Shown here in pieces: positions 27,186 to 38,116 of a stretch of 48,198 bases of DNA (positions within the stretch are counted from its first letter, which is position 1; the number at the start of each line of letters is the position of its first letter). This DNA comes from an uncultured Oscillospiraceae bacterium (lineage in GTDB: Bacteria > Bacillota > Clostridia > Peptostreptococcales > Anaerovoracaceae), in the NCBI GenBank assembly GCA_964408195.1, contig CAYOYO010000001.1, positions 2,479 to 50,676 on the forward strand, read 5' to 3'. Below the pieces are notes generated by a model. That model was given only the letters and a program-made list of their open reading frames with translations. It did no database searches and had not been told where the DNA came from. A program made the position numbers and the translations under genes.

Positions 27186-28412
27186 ATGTCGTACGGGCAG
27201 AAAAAGGAAATGATCGCCATGCTTCTTGCGGGAGGCCAGGGAAGCCGCCTTGGAATCCTTACAAAAGACGTGGCAAAGCCGGCGGTACCCTTTGGGGGGA
27301 AATACAGGATCATTGACTTTCCCCTGTCAAACTGCATCAATTCAGGTATCGATACCATCGGCGTTCTCACTCAGTATCGTCCTCTTGAGTTGAATGCCTA
27401 CATCGGAAGCGGACAGCCCTGGGATCTGGACCGTCTATATGGAGGTGTATTCATCCTTCCTCCCTATATGGACGGAAAAGGAGGGGAATGGTATAAAGGA
27501 ACCGCCAATGCCATTTACCAAAACATGAACTTCATAGACCTTTATGCGCCGGAGTATGTACTGATCCTGTCGGGGGATCATATCTACAAGATGAACTACA
27601 GTATGATGCTGGATTACCACAAAGTGAAACATGCAGATTGTACCATTGCGGTCATCCAGGTTCCATGGGAGGAAGCGAGCAGGTTCGGTGTGATGAACAC
27701 CTATGAAGATGGGAGAGTTGCAGAATTTCAGGAAAAGCCTAAGGAGCCGAAAAGTAATCTTGCTTCTATGGGAGTCTATATCTTTCGGTGGGAAAAGCTA
27801 AAGGAATATCTCATTAAAGATGAAGAAGAGGAAGGTTCGGATAAGGATTTCGGTAAAAATCTTATACCTGCCATGCTTCAAGCCGGGGAAAACATGTTCG
27901 CTTACGAATTCAAAGGATATTGGAAGGATGTGGGAACGGTTTTCTCTCTTTGGGAAGCTAACATGGATACACTGGATCCCAATGTACCTCTGGAGCTTGA
28001 CGATCCCCCCTGGAGGATTTATTCCAGGAGTGCAAATATGCCTCCACAATACATAGGTGAATGTGCAACACTTTTCAACTCCAGTATTGCAGACGGATGC
28101 ATCATCGAGGGAACGGTTGAAAACAGCATCCTCTTCCCGGGTGTTACCGTGAAAAAAGGCGCAAGAGTATTTCACTCTATCCTGATGCACGGAGTCACCA
28201 TAGAAGAAAATGCAATCGTCGACTATACCATAGTATCATCGGGAGCAAAAATCGGAAGAGCAGCCTGTCTTGGATATTGGAATCAGCCGGAAATCGGTAA
28301 ACCACACGGGGAGATTACCCTGGTGGGAGAACAGGTGGAAGTGGGCGAACGGGCGGTGGTGCCCGCCGGTGCTTCCGTTGGTGAAAATATCTTGGAGGAG
28401 GTGGAAAAATGA
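27186..28412 (+). CDS. glgC: Glucose-1-phosphate adenylyltransferase, catalytic subunit
   Basis: It has [43 protein letters not shown] and GYWKDVGT. The ATG at 27186 lies just after the glgB stop. I rejected the longer track ORF from 26973, which overlaps glgB. Confidence 0.92.
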   Translation: MSYGQKKEMIAMLLAGGQGSRLGILTKDVAKPAVPFGGKYRIIDFPLSNCINSGIDTIGVLTQYRPLELNAYIGSGQPWDLDRLYGGVFILPPYMDGKGGEWYKGTANAIYQNMNFIDLYAPEYVLILSGDHIYKMNYSMMLDYHKVKHADCTIAVIQVPWEEASRFGVMNTYEDGRVAEFQEKPKEPKSNLASMGVYIFRWEKLKEYLIKDEEEEGSDKDFGKNLIPAMLQAGENMFAYEFKGYWKDVGTVFSLWEANMDTLDPNVPLELDDPPWRIYSRSANMPPQYIGECATLFNSSIADGCIIEGTVENSILFPGVTVKKGARVFHSILMHGVTIEENAIVDYTIVSSGAKIGRAACLGYWNQPEIGKPHGEITLVGEQVEVGERAVVPAGASVGENILEEVEK

Positions 28413-29533
28413 GTATTTTGGGGATCGTTCTTTCCTATTCGGAAAGGGAAAATCTTCGCGAATTGACAAGGCTTCGTACCATCGGCTCCTTGCCCATGGC
28501 AGGGAAATATCGAATGATTGACTTCGTCATATCTAACATGGTAAACGACGGCATTTACGATGTGGCTGTCATTGCCCGGGATAACTACCACTCCCTTATG
28601 GATCACCTGGGAGCTGGAAAAGAATGGGATCTGATTCGAAAGCGGGGAGGACTTAGAGTACTGACACCCTATGCTAAGTCGGAAACCGGCCGAAACGGGT
28701 TTTATCGGGGAACCATAGAGGCTTTGGCAAATCACATGCATTCCTTTCGGCGTTCCATGGCGGACCTGGTAATTCTGGCGGAGACCAGCATTCTATACAG
28801 CTTGGACTTCAACCATCTTGTGAAAACCCATCTGGACAGCAATGCAGATATCACGGCCGTTTATACAAGACAACTGAACGGCCATCCAACCGTTCCCATG
28901 GGTGTGGCGATTCTCCGATTTAATGAAGAAAACAGGCTTTACGATCTTAATATCAATAAAGAGGATATGAGCAATCAGGAAGCCTGCTGGAGCACCGGTG
29001 TGTTCGTTATCAAAAAGTCCCTGCTGGAAAGTCTGGTGGCTGACGCAATGGCATACGGCAAATATGACTTCTATGAGGATATTCTTCATCGTCTTGCCGG
29101 CAATCTGGCTATAAAGGGCTATGAGTATAAGGGGCACCTGTTGGAGGTGAGCAGCGTGGCCGGTTATATGAAGGCCAATATGAATTTCCTCAACCCTGAA
29201 TTCAGGCAAAAGGCTTTTCATCGACCCATATACACGAAAAGCAAAGATAGCGTTCCTGCCAGATATTTTGCCGGATGTAAGGTAATAAACTCTATCATCT
29301 CCGATGGATGCCGCATCGAGGGAACCGTAGAAAACTCTATTATATCCCGCAATGTGGTGATCGGAAAAGATGCTGTGGTACGAAATTCTATAATCATGCA
29401 GAACACAGAGATTATGAGAGGTGTAAGCCTGGATCACGTGATATTGGATAAGGATGTTATCGTACGGGAAAACAGGCAGCTCAGCGGTCATGTTACATAC
29501 CCTGTAGTTGTGGAAAAGGCCAGTATTATATAA
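28409..29533 (+). CDS. glgD: Glucose-1-phosphate adenylyltransferase, GlgD subunit
   Basis: It is a paralogue of GlgC ([18 protein letters not shown]) but lacks the GGxGxRL motif. It overlaps the glgC stop by 4 nt. Its position matches the Firmicute glgBCDAP order. Confidence 0.85.
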   Translation: MSILGIVLSYSERENLRELTRLRTIGSLPMAGKYRMIDFVISNMVNDGIYDVAVIARDNYHSLMDHLGAGKEWDLIRKRGGLRVLTPYAKSETGRNGFYRGTIEALANHMHSFRRSMADLVILAETSILYSLDFNHLVKTHLDSNADITAVYTRQLNGHPTVPMGVAILRFNEENRLYDLNINKEDMSNQEACWSTGVFVIKKSLLESLVADAMAYGKYDFYEDILHRLAGNLAIKGYEYKGHLLEVSSVAGYMKANMNFLNPEFRQKAFHRPIYTKSKDSVPARYFAGCKVINSIISDGCRIEGTVENSIISRNVVIGKDAVVRNSIIMQNTEIMRGVSLDHVILDKDVIVRENRQLSGHVTYPVVVEKASII

Positions 29534-29557
29534 CGGTGCAGGTCTAAGGAGGTCCCA

Positions 29558-30982
29558 TTGAATATATTGTTTATCAGTTCGGAAGCCGTGCCGTTTGCAA
29601 AGACCGGCGGTCTGGGTGATGTGATTGGCTCTCTCCCCGGGGAATTATTGAAACAAGGCGTGGATGCCAGAGTAGTGCTCCCTTTGTATAAGACCGTTAA
29701 GGAGAAGTTCGGAGCATCCCTTATCTTCCATAGCTCCTTTACTGTTGCCCTGAGCTGGAGGAACTGCTATTGCGGACTGTACTCCATGGAGCATGAAGGA
29801 GTCACCTATTACTTTCTGGATAATGAACAGTATTTCCTGAGGGACGGTTACTACGGACATTACGATGACGGGGAGCGGTTTGCCTATTTTAGCAAAGCAG
29901 CTCTCGAAGCATTGCGCCATCTGGACTTCGAACCGGACATCCTCCATTGCAGTGAATGGCAGAGTGCTTTGGTACCTGTTTTTCTTAAGACGTTCTATCG
30001 GCAAGAATCGGCGTATGACAAACTGCGGACTGTTTTCACCATACACAACATCGAATACCAGGGGATCTTTGGAAAGGAGATACAAAAAGACTTGTTAGGA
30101 CTCAGTGAAGAACGGGGCAGCCTGCTTCTCATGGGCGGTGCAGTGAACTATATGAAGGGAGCCATCGTTACCTGTGATAGGTTGACAACAGTGAGTCCAT
30201 CTTATGCAGAAGAAATCACCTATCCCTTCTTTGCCCATGGACTCCACACCGTCATCGGGGAAAACAGGTACAAGCTTTCGGGAATCATTAACGGCATCGA
30301 CTACAAAGTGTACAATCCCTATCGGGATAAGGCTCTTGTTGTTAAGTATTCAAAGAACACATGGGAAAAAAAGCGACTAAACAAACAAGCCCTGAAGGAA
30401 GAAGTGGGTCTGAAAGAACATGAAGATAGGCCTCTAATAGGAATGGTAGGGCGCTTGGTTGAACATAAAGGACTTTCTCTCGTCACCGGTATTTTCGATG
30501 AGATGATGCAAACCGGAGTGCAGTTCGTCCTTCTGGGAACAGGGGATGCCCGGTTTGAGAACTTTTTCAGGGCGAAGGTCAATCAGTATAAGGAGCAAGT
30601 CTCTGCAGTCACCGCCTTCTCCTCGGATCTGGCAAGTCGGATTTATGCGGGAGCAGACCTGTTTCTAATGCCATCCGTCAGCGAACCCTGCGGCCTTGCC
30701 CAGATGATTGCCCTGCGCTATGGTACCATTCCCATCGTCCGGGCTACGGGGGGCCTGAAAGATTCGGTTGTGCCATATAATTCGGATACCAAGAGGGGAA
30801 ACGGCATCCGTTTCGAGTCCATAAACGCCCACGACATGCTGGATGCCGTTCAAAGGGGAATTTCCTTGTATCGGCAGCCGGATCACTGGCATAGGTTGAT
30901 AAAAAATGCTTTTGAAACCGATTGCTCCTGGAAAAAATCTGCGATAGAATACGTAAAGCTATATGAATCCATGCTGGGATAG
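29558..30982 (+). CDS. glgA: Glycogen synthase (ADP-glucose type)
   Basis: It has SSEAVPFAKTGGLGDV, HCSEWQSAL and PSVSEPCGLAQMIALRYGTIPIV. The start is TTG with an AAGGAGG RBS. Confidence 0.92.
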   Translation: MNILFISSEAVPFAKTGGLGDVIGSLPGELLKQGVDARVVLPLYKTVKEKFGASLIFHSSFTVALSWRNCYCGLYSMEHEGVTYYFLDNEQYFLRDGYYGHYDDGERFAYFSKAALEALRHLDFEPDILHCSEWQSALVPVFLKTFYRQESAYDKLRTVFTIHNIEYQGIFGKEIQKDLLGLSEERGSLLLMGGAVNYMKGAIVTCDRLTTVSPSYAEEITYPFFAHGLHTVIGENRYKLSGIINGIDYKVYNPYRDKALVVKYSKNTWEKKRLNKQALKEEVGLKEHEDRPLIGMVGRLVEHKGLSLVTGIFDEMMQTGVQFVLLGTGDARFENFFRAKVNQYKEQVSAVTAFSSDLASRIYAGADLFLMPSVSEPCGLAQMIALRYGTIPIVRATGGLKDSVVPYNSDTKRGNGIRFESINAHDMLDAVQRGISLYRQPDHWHRLIKNAFETDCSWKKSAIEYVKLYESMLG

Positions 30983-31058
30983 AGAACAGTTCCATCCGGC
31001 GCAAGATGTCGGAACATTTCCAGAACAAATGCGGTAAGGTGCGAAGAAAGGACTTTGA

Positions 31059-33503
31059 ATGGACTCACTATGTATGAATGCTCTATGCACACCGGAAGAA
31101 CTGACTGAACTCATTCACAAGAAAATGCTGCGGCATCTGGGTACGGACCCGGATTCGGCAAACAGGGCGGAACTATATAAGGCGGTTTGTCTGGTAGTTC
31201 GTGATATCATGTCCGAAATGCAGATGAATACTTTCGAAGAGGGCAGTGCCCATCAAAAAAAAGAACTCTACTATTTATCCATGGAGTTTCTTCCCGGAAC
31301 TTCCTTAAAAAACAATCTATTCAATCTGGGTCTGGAAAGTGCAATGCGGCAAGCCGTCTCCCAACTCGGAGGGAGTTTGGACCAACTTTATGATATGGAT
31401 CCGGACGCCGGTCTGGGCAACGGGGGTCTGGGAAGGCTGGCTTCCTGTTACCTGGATGCCATTGCTACAGAAGGTATGGCGGGACATGGCATGTCTATCT
31501 GTTATGAATACGGTATTTTTAAACAGAAAATCGAAGAGGGACAGCAAAAGGAGCTTGCCGACGATTGGCTGGACTTGGGAGAAGTCTGGTTGAGAAGAAG
31601 GGAGGAAGAGGCAAAGGAAGTTCATTTCGGCGGAAAGCTAAAGGAAATCTGGAATGAAAAAGGGGAAATGAAGCTGATTCATACAGACTATACAACCGTG
31701 CTGGCCATTCCCCGGGACATGCTGATTACCGGTTTTCAAAGTCCGGTGATTAATACTCTGCGGCTCTGGGAGTCTACTTCACCGGCAGGTATCGATATGG
31801 AACTTTTTGCCAGAGGAAAATACCTCCAGTCCATGGAGAAGAAACATATGGCGGAGATCATATCCAAGATTCTCTATCCGGAGGATGCCCACAGGGAAGG
31901 GAAGACTCTGCGCATCATGCAGCAGTACTTCTTTATCTCCGCTTCCATGCAAACCATAGTAGCGAAACATCTGAGAACATTTCAAAATCTGGATAACTTC
32001 AGCGATAAGGTTGCCATTCATATCAACGATACCCATCCGGCCATGGCGATTCCCGAACTGATGCGAATCTTCATGGACGAACACGGCTATCCCTGGGATG
32101 AAGCCTGGAGAATCGTAACCGCATCGATCACCTATACCAACCATACCATCATGCCGGAAGCTCTGGAGATATGGCCGGAAGATCTGTTCGGAAAGCTGCT
32201 GCCAAGGCTCCACACTATAGTGTGGGAGATAAACCGAAGGCTGAAGGAGAAACTTCAGGCCGCCTTCCCGGAAGACGAAGTGCTTAGAAATCGCATGTCT
32301 GTCATACATGAAGAAACTCTCCGCATGGCTAACCTCTGCGTCACAGCGGCTCATCATGTCAACGGAGTATCCTCCCTCCACAGCGGCATCATACGTGATC
32401 GGCTTTTCAGCGGTTTCGCCCGGATGAGTCCCGAGAAATTTACCAATGTTACCAACGGAATCGCTTATCGCCGCTGGCTCTGTCAGGCTAACCCTCTATT
32501 GTCCGGGTTCCTGGATGAGCTCATCGGGACGGGATATCGTAAGGATGCGGGGGAACTTTCAAAACTAAGGGCATTCCTGGACGACTCTGCTGTCCTTGGA
32601 AGGCTGGACGCCATTAAGTCAGAGAATAAGAAAAGACTTGCTGCATATATACGTGAACATAATAATGTTATTGTTAATCCGGACTCCATCTTCGATGTGC
32701 AAGTGAAGCGAATCCACGAATACAAACGGCAATTGCTGAATCTTCTTCATATTATCCACTTGTACAACCAGATCAGGGAAAACCCCAACGAAGAATTTCA
32801 ACCCAGGACTTTCCTCTTTGCCGGTAAGGCTGCTGCAGGCTATTTTATTGCAAAGCAGGTCATCAGGTTGGCCTATCATCTGGCTCAGGCTATCGACAAA
32901 GACCCCCTGGTAAAAGACCGATTAAAAGTTGTCTTCTTAGAAAACTACTCTGTCAGCCAGTCGGAGATTATCATGCCTGCGGCTGAGGTCTCGGAGCAGA
33001 TTTCCCTGGCGGGTAAAGAGGCCTCCGGCACAGGCAACATGAAGCTGATGATAAACGGAGCGCTCACTGTTGGCACTTTAGATGGGGCAAATGTGGAAAT
33101 CCGCAGGGAAGTGGGAGACGATAACATTTTCCTATTCGGGATGAATGTGGATGAAGTGGAAGCCCTGCGCAATTCAGGGACCTACAGCCCATGGAGCCTC
33201 TATCAGAGCAATCCGGATATCAACAAAGTCATTGGATACATCTCCGAAAAAATAAACCTCGAGAACTTCAGCGAGCTTCTCAACTACCTTACTACCGGTT
33301 ACAACGGCGGAGCCGACCCATTTTTTGTCCTTGCTGACTTTGCGTCCTACAAGAATGTCCAGCAGGAGATTTCCACTGCTTATGCAGATAGAAACCGCTG
33401 GAACCGCATGTCACTGGTTAACATGGCATCCGCAGGCATCTTCTCGGCGGACAGAGCGGTGAAGGAGTATGCGGAGCGAATCTGGGACATCAAACCCCTA
33501 TAG
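31059..33503 (+). CDS. glgP: Glycogen/maltodextrin phosphorylase
   Basis: It has GLGNGGLGRLASCYLD, RIHEYKRQLLN and the PLP-lysine region EASGTGNMKLMINGALTVGTLDGANVEI. Confidence 0.92.
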   Translation: MDSLCMNALCTPEELTELIHKKMLRHLGTDPDSANRAELYKAVCLVVRDIMSEMQMNTFEEGSAHQKKELYYLSMEFLPGTSLKNNLFNLGLESAMRQAVSQLGGSLDQLYDMDPDAGLGNGGLGRLASCYLDAIATEGMAGHGMSICYEYGIFKQKIEEGQQKELADDWLDLGEVWLRRREEEAKEVHFGGKLKEIWNEKGEMKLIHTDYTTVLAIPRDMLITGFQSPVINTLRLWESTSPAGIDMELFARGKYLQSMEKKHMAEIISKILYPEDAHREGKTLRIMQQYFFISASMQTIVAKHLRTFQNLDNFSDKVAIHINDTHPAMAIPELMRIFMDEHGYPWDEAWRIVTASITYTNHTIMPEALEIWPEDLFGKLLPRLHTIVWEINRRLKEKLQAAFPEDEVLRNRMSVIHEETLRMANLCVTAAHHVNGVSSLHSGIIRDRLFSGFARMSPEKFTNVTNGIAYRRWLCQANPLLSGFLDELIGTGYRKDAGELSKLRAFLDDSAVLGRLDAIKSENKKRLAAYIREHNNVIVNPDSIFDVQVKRIHEYKRQLLNLLHIIHLYNQIRENPNEEFQPRTFLFAGKAAAGYFIAKQVIRLAYHLAQAIDKDPLVKDRLKVVFLENYSVSQSEIIMPAAEVSEQISLAGKEASGTGNMKLMINGALTVGTLDGANVEIRREVGDDNIFLFGMNVDEVEALRNSGTYSPWSLYQSNPDINKVIGYISEKINLENFSELLNYLTTGYNGGADPFFVLADFASYKNVQQEISTAYADRNRWNRMSLVNMASAGIFSADRAVKEYAERIWDIKPL

Positions 33504-33510
33504 GTGAACA

Positions 33511-35004
33511 ATGGAAAAGAAGCCGTTTCAATGTCCCATATGGATGACGGAAGGGGTTATGTACCAGATTTTTCCCGACCGGTTTGCAAGAAGCAGCAGC
33601 TATAAGGCTCCTCCTATGGATAAGGACTATGTCCTTCGGGAAGATTGGGGCGGCTTTCCCAACCATTTGCCCGATGAAAAAGGCACAATAAAGAACAACG
33701 ATTTCTTCGGAGGCAATCTGCGCGGTATCACTGAGAAGCTCCCCTATTTGCAGGAGTTAGGGGTAACCGTGATATACTTAAACCCCATCTTCGAAGCCTA
33801 TTCCAACCACCGTTATGATACAGGGGACTTCAAATCCATTGACCCGTTACTCGGTACGGAACAGGATTTTCGGGAGCTTTGCACCGAGGCCAAACAAGCG
33901 GGCATCCGCATTATACTCGATGGGGTGTTCAACCACACCGGCAGCGACAGCTTGTACTTTAATAAGCAAGGTCGGTATCCCGGTAAGGGGGCCTATCAAA
34001 GTAAGGATTCTCCCTATTTCAGTTGGTATCGTTTTACAGAATACCCGGATTTCTACGAATGCTGGTGGGGAATTGACACCCTTCCCCATGTCAATGAAAC
34101 GGATCCCTGTTATATGGACTATATTTTAAATCATGAGGATTCCGTTGTCCGCCACTGGCTATCCTGCGGAGCTTCGGGTTTTCGTCTGGATGTGGTAGAC
34201 GAATTGCCCGATGAATTCCTGCACCGATTCCGGGAAGTGGTGAAAGAATACGATAACGATGCCGTTATCATCGGCGAGGTCTGGGAAGATGCCAGCACAA
34301 AGGTGAGTTACGGGCAGAAGCGCCGCTATCTGGAAGGAGATCAACTGGATAGTGTAATGAATTACCCCCTTCAAAAAGGGATAATTCAGTTTTTTGGCGG
34401 CACCATTACGGGAAATCAACTGTCTGAAATCGTGGAAGGACTTTGGCGGAACTACCCGGAGACGGTGTTTTACGGCCTCATGAATATACTGGGAACCCAC
34501 GATACTCCTAGAATCCTCACTGTATTTGAAGATCGACAAAAGCTTTTCGCCGCAATGCTTATCTGGGCACTCATGCCCGGAATTCCTTGCATTTACTACG
34601 GGGATGAGATTGGAATGAGGGGTGGACGGGATCCCTTCAACCGGGGATGTTTCGTGCCGGAGGAAGGAAATCGGGAGATTTTCCTACACTATAAAAAACT
34701 CATAACCTTCCGCAGGAAGCTACAGAATCTTGAAACGTTGTTTGACTTAAAATTCCGACCGGGAAATTCTCAAACCAATCTATATACTTTTCATAGAGAG
34801 GGTAAAGCCTGCAGACTAATTGTAGCCGTCTGCAGCGAGGGCGAAGAGCTGCTCCCTCTGCACCTTGCGCCCTTCGAAAAGATTGAGGACTTCTTTATCA
34901 GTGGAGACGTGATTTTTACAGATCTTAATACCTTCCGTCTGAAGGGCTGTTCCGGCGTGGCGGTGGTCATTACGAACCTTTCTACATCATTCTGCCCCAT
35001 TTAA
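33511..35004 (+). CDS. GH13 alpha-glycosidase (neopullulanase / alpha-amylase-like)
   Basis: YQIFPDRF is present, along with GH13 regions I-IV: ILDGVFNHTG, GFRLDVVDEL, IIGEVW and LGTHDTPR. Confidence 0.8.
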   Translation: MEKKPFQCPIWMTEGVMYQIFPDRFARSSSYKAPPMDKDYVLREDWGGFPNHLPDEKGTIKNNDFFGGNLRGITEKLPYLQELGVTVIYLNPIFEAYSNHRYDTGDFKSIDPLLGTEQDFRELCTEAKQAGIRIILDGVFNHTGSDSLYFNKQGRYPGKGAYQSKDSPYFSWYRFTEYPDFYECWWGIDTLPHVNETDPCYMDYILNHEDSVVRHWLSCGASGFRLDVVDELPDEFLHRFREVVKEYDNDAVIIGEVWEDASTKVSYGQKRRYLEGDQLDSVMNYPLQKGIIQFFGGTITGNQLSEIVEGLWRNYPETVFYGLMNILGTHDTPRILTVFEDRQKLFAAMLIWALMPGIPCIYYGDEIGMRGGRDPFNRGCFVPEEGNREIFLHYKKLITFRRKLQNLETLFDLKFRPGNSQTNLYTFHREGKACRLIVAVCSEGEELLPLHLAPFEKIEDFFISGDVIFTDLNTFRLKGCSGVAVVITNLSTSFCPI

Positions 35005-35068
35005 ATCATCGATGGAAATCAATGTCCGACGATTCATAATCTGAATTATATGAAATTACGGATGGCTG

Positions 35069-35097
35069 TTGACATCGATGCTTTAGTGTAGTAGTAT
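35069..35097 (+). promoter_or_regulatory. Putative sigma-A promoter of the his operon
   Basis: TTGACA (35069-35074), a 17-nt spacer, then TAGTAT (35092-35097). It lies about 35 nt upstream of the hisZ ATG. Confidence 0.4.
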
Positions 35098-35130
35098 GGG
35101 GCAGTGATAAATCGTGAAAGGTGACTGCAG

Positions 35131-36772
35131 ATGAAGCGTTTTGATAAAATAACCCCGGAAGGCACAAAGGATCTCCTCTTTGAAGAATGCAGAATACAGA
35201 GGGAGATTACGAATTGTCTGCACACTGCGTTTGAAAATAGCGGATTCCACCAGGTGGTAACCCCCGGTTTTGAGTTTTATGATGTTTTCTCCGCTGCGGA
35301 GATGTATTATCCCCAGGAGACCATGTATAAGTCAATCGACAACAAAGGCAGGGTGTTGGTAGCAAGGCCCGACTCCACCATTCCCATCGCACAGGCTGAA
35401 GGATTATCCCATGCCCTTAAAGCTTTACTATGAGCAAAAGGTCTTTCGCAATAATCCGGGCCTTCGGGGCCGGAGCAATGAAATGCTTCAGATGGGTGTG
35501 GAACTTATAGGGGATGCATCTTTTGAGTCCGATGTAATGGTGCTGGCCTTGGGGATAAAGGCCTTGACATCTTGCTGCAAAACAGATGTCCGGTTGGAGC
35601 TTGGCCATGTTGGCATTTTCAAACTGTTAATCGAACGTCTCAGCGTGGATGAAGATGAAAAGGCCGCTATCCATCAGTTCATTTCTACGAAAAACTATGC
35701 GGCATTATCCTCAAAACTGGATAAATATCAGAGTAATCAGACCACAGCGATTTTGAGAGAGCTTCCTGAGCTTTTCGGTGGCAGGGAGGTCTTTGAAAAG
35801 ACGAGAAAGCTTTTTGACGGTTATGACGGAAAGCTGCTTAAGATGTTGGAATATCTGAAAGCCATCTACGATGCCCTGGGGGATCTGGGACTTGAGGAAA
35901 GCATAATCATAGATTTTGGATTGGTGAATCAGGCAGACTATTACAGTTCGCTTGTATTTAAAGGCTATACATCCAAAGCAAAAGAGCCGATATTGTCCGG
36001 CGGTAGGTATGACAACCTGCTGAAGGACTTCGGCTGCAATCTCCCTGCAACCGGCTTTGCAGTCAATGTGGATCAGATAGCTGCCTGCATCCTGGACCGT
36101 GAAGAAAACGATCACGAAAAAGACCGGGATAAAAGGCTGCGAATCGCACTTACGAAGGGACGATTGGAGAACAGCGCCATTGACTTGTTCGAAAAGATGG
36201 GATTTGATTGCAGTCATCTCAATGAAAAAGGAAGGAAGCTCTTCCTTACCATTCCGGATCAAAATCTGGATGTTGTCTTCGGAAAAGCCGCCGACGTAAT
36301 CACTTATGTGGAACACGGTGTCTGCGACATGGGAATCGTAGGCATGGACACCATCATGGAACAGGAAGGAACTTTTTACGAAGTGTTGGACCTGGGTTTT
36401 GGTCGGTGCCGATTCGTATTGGCAGCACCGGAAGATAAGGATTTTTACTCCGGTTATTCTGTAAAAAAGGTGGCGACAAAGTATCCGAAAGTCACCAGAG
36501 ATTTCTTTGAAGAGAAGGGCATGGACGTTCAGGTCGTGAAGATTGAAGGCTCTGTGGAACTGGCGCCTCTTTTGTCGCTGGCCGACGGGATCGTTGATCT
36601 TGTGGAAACGGGGAAGACTCTGGCAGAAAACGGTCTTGGAGTTGTAGAAGATATCCGGAAGATATCCGCCCGACTCATCGTAAACGAGACCAGTATGAAG
36701 TTGAAGAAACAAGCCATCGATGCTTTTATCAACAACATGGCTGAAAAAGTCGAACAGACGAAGATCAATTGA
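35131..36772 (+). pseudogene. hisZ: Fused hisZ-hisG (ATP phosphoribosyltransferase regulatory plus catalytic subunit), interrupted by a 1-nt frameshift; either a pseudogene or a sequencing error
   Basis: ORF 35131-35433 carries the HisZ N-terminus (PEGTKDLL...RPDSTIPIA). The +1 frame, open from 35363, continues the HisZ motif (R)LKDYPMPLKLYYEQKVFR...ELIGD. After a DREENDHEKDRDK linker, the same ORF continues into short-form HisG (RLRIALTKGRLE...VDLVETGKTLAENGL). Confidence 0.7.
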
Positions 36773-36796
36773 CAAGGAAACAATAGAGGAAAGACT

Positions 36797-38113
36797 ATGC
36801 AAGTGGAAAAGATCGATGGGAGCAATGTGTCTCCAATCTTAAAAGAAATGAAGAAAAGGCTAGCGGAAACCGACCGGGAAGTGAGGGCATCGGCGGAGGC
36901 CATCTTGAAATATGTGCGGGATAACGGGGACCAAGGAGTTCGATATTATGAGGAGAAATTCAACGGAATTTCCGCCAAACCTTTTGAAATCCCCAAAGGC
37001 GAAATGAAAGCAGCATATGATGCTGCGGATGAGGTTTTCAGACAGTCTCTGGGATATGCAGCGGAGAACATCAGGGAATACCATGAGAAGCAGGTAACAA
37101 GGGGATACGAAATAAAGAGAGGCAATGGCGCTTTCCTGGGTCAAATCATCAGAGGCTTACACCGTGTGGGGATCTATGTTCCCGGAGGAACGGCAGCTTA
37201 TCCTTCCACGGTTCTCATGAACACCATACCGGCAAGACTTGCTGGGGTAGGGGAAATTATCATGCTGACGCCGCCTGAAATTAAAAGGGAAGATGACGGA
37301 ATGTTACATGTCTGTGCAAATCAAGATATCCTGACAGCAGCCTTCATTGCCGGCGTTGACCGGGTTTTCCTTGCCGGAGGTGCCCAGGCAATCGGGGCTA
37401 TGGCTTACGGAACCGAGACAATTCCGGCGGTGGACAAGATCGTGGGACCGGGCAATCTCTATGTGGCGGCGGCAAAGAGGTTCGTCTATGGTCAGGTGGA
37501 TATCGATATGATAGCGGGGCCCAGCGAAATTCTCGTTTTAGCAGACGAAACCGCAGAACCGAAATATATAGCAGCAGATCTTCTGAGTCAGGCGGAGCAC
37601 GATCCCATGTCTGCGGCTATCCTCCTGACCACAGACAAAGCTACGGCTGAAAAAGCTATGGAACAGCTGCAAGTTCAGATTGCGTGTATGGAACGAAAGG
37701 AAACCATAAAGGCCTCGCTGGAAAACTACGGTTTCATCCTGATCTGCAATACGTTGGAGGAGATGATAGAAATCGCAAATCAAATGGCTCCGGAGCACCT
37801 GGAAATCATGACTGCAGATCCCATGGCGGTGCTTCCAAAGATTCATAATGCAGGTTCCGTCTTTTGCGGATCTTACTCTCCCGAGCCATTAGGAGATTAT
37901 TATGCGGGAACAAACCACGTTTTACCCACCTCCGGGACTGCCAGATTTGCCTCCCCACTTGGAGTGGACAGCTTCACGAAAAAGATGAGCTATACCTATT
38001 ACTCGAAAGAAGAGCTCGCATTATGTAAAGATCACATACTGGAAATCGCCCGACGTGAAGGATTGACGGCACATGGCAGATCCGTTTCCATCCGGTTTTC
38101 GGAAGAGAGGTAA
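36797..38113 (+). CDS. hisD: Histidinol dehydrogenase
   Basis: It has GIYVPGGTAAYPSTVLM, SQAEHDP, APEHLEI and GDYYAGTNHVLPT. Confidence 0.93.
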   Translation: MQVEKIDGSNVSPILKEMKKRLAETDREVRASAEAILKYVRDNGDQGVRYYEEKFNGISAKPFEIPKGEMKAAYDAADEVFRQSLGYAAENIREYHEKQVTRGYEIKRGNGAFLGQIIRGLHRVGIYVPGGTAAYPSTVLMNTIPARLAGVGEIIMLTPPEIKREDDGMLHVCANQDILTAAFIAGVDRVFLAGGAQAIGAMAYGTETIPAVDKIVGPGNLYVAAAKRFVYGQVDIDMIAGPSEILVLADETAEPKYIAADLLSQAEHDPMSAAILLTTDKATAEKAMEQLQVQIACMERKETIKASLENYGFILICNTLEEMIEIANQMAPEHLEIMTADPMAVLPKIHNAGSVFCGSYSPEPLGDYYAGTNHVLPTSGTARFASPLGVDSFTKKMSYTYYSKEELALCKDHILEIARREGLTAHGRSVSIRFSEER

Positions 38114-38116
38114 AAA

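Noticed and set aside
35711-36802. A 363-aa ORF antisense to hisZG. Similar long antisense ORFs occur at 22328-23347 (339 aa, opposite the large dehydratase subunit), 28793-29491 (opposite glgD), 31779-32381 (opposite glgP) and 39205-39741 (opposite hisB).
   Set aside because: All lie in the exact reverse-complement frame of well-supported genes, where stops arise only from the sense codons TTA, CTA and TCA. Their translations are compositionally odd (rich in H, F, C and I) with no motifs or RBS. They are most simply a by-product of codon usage.
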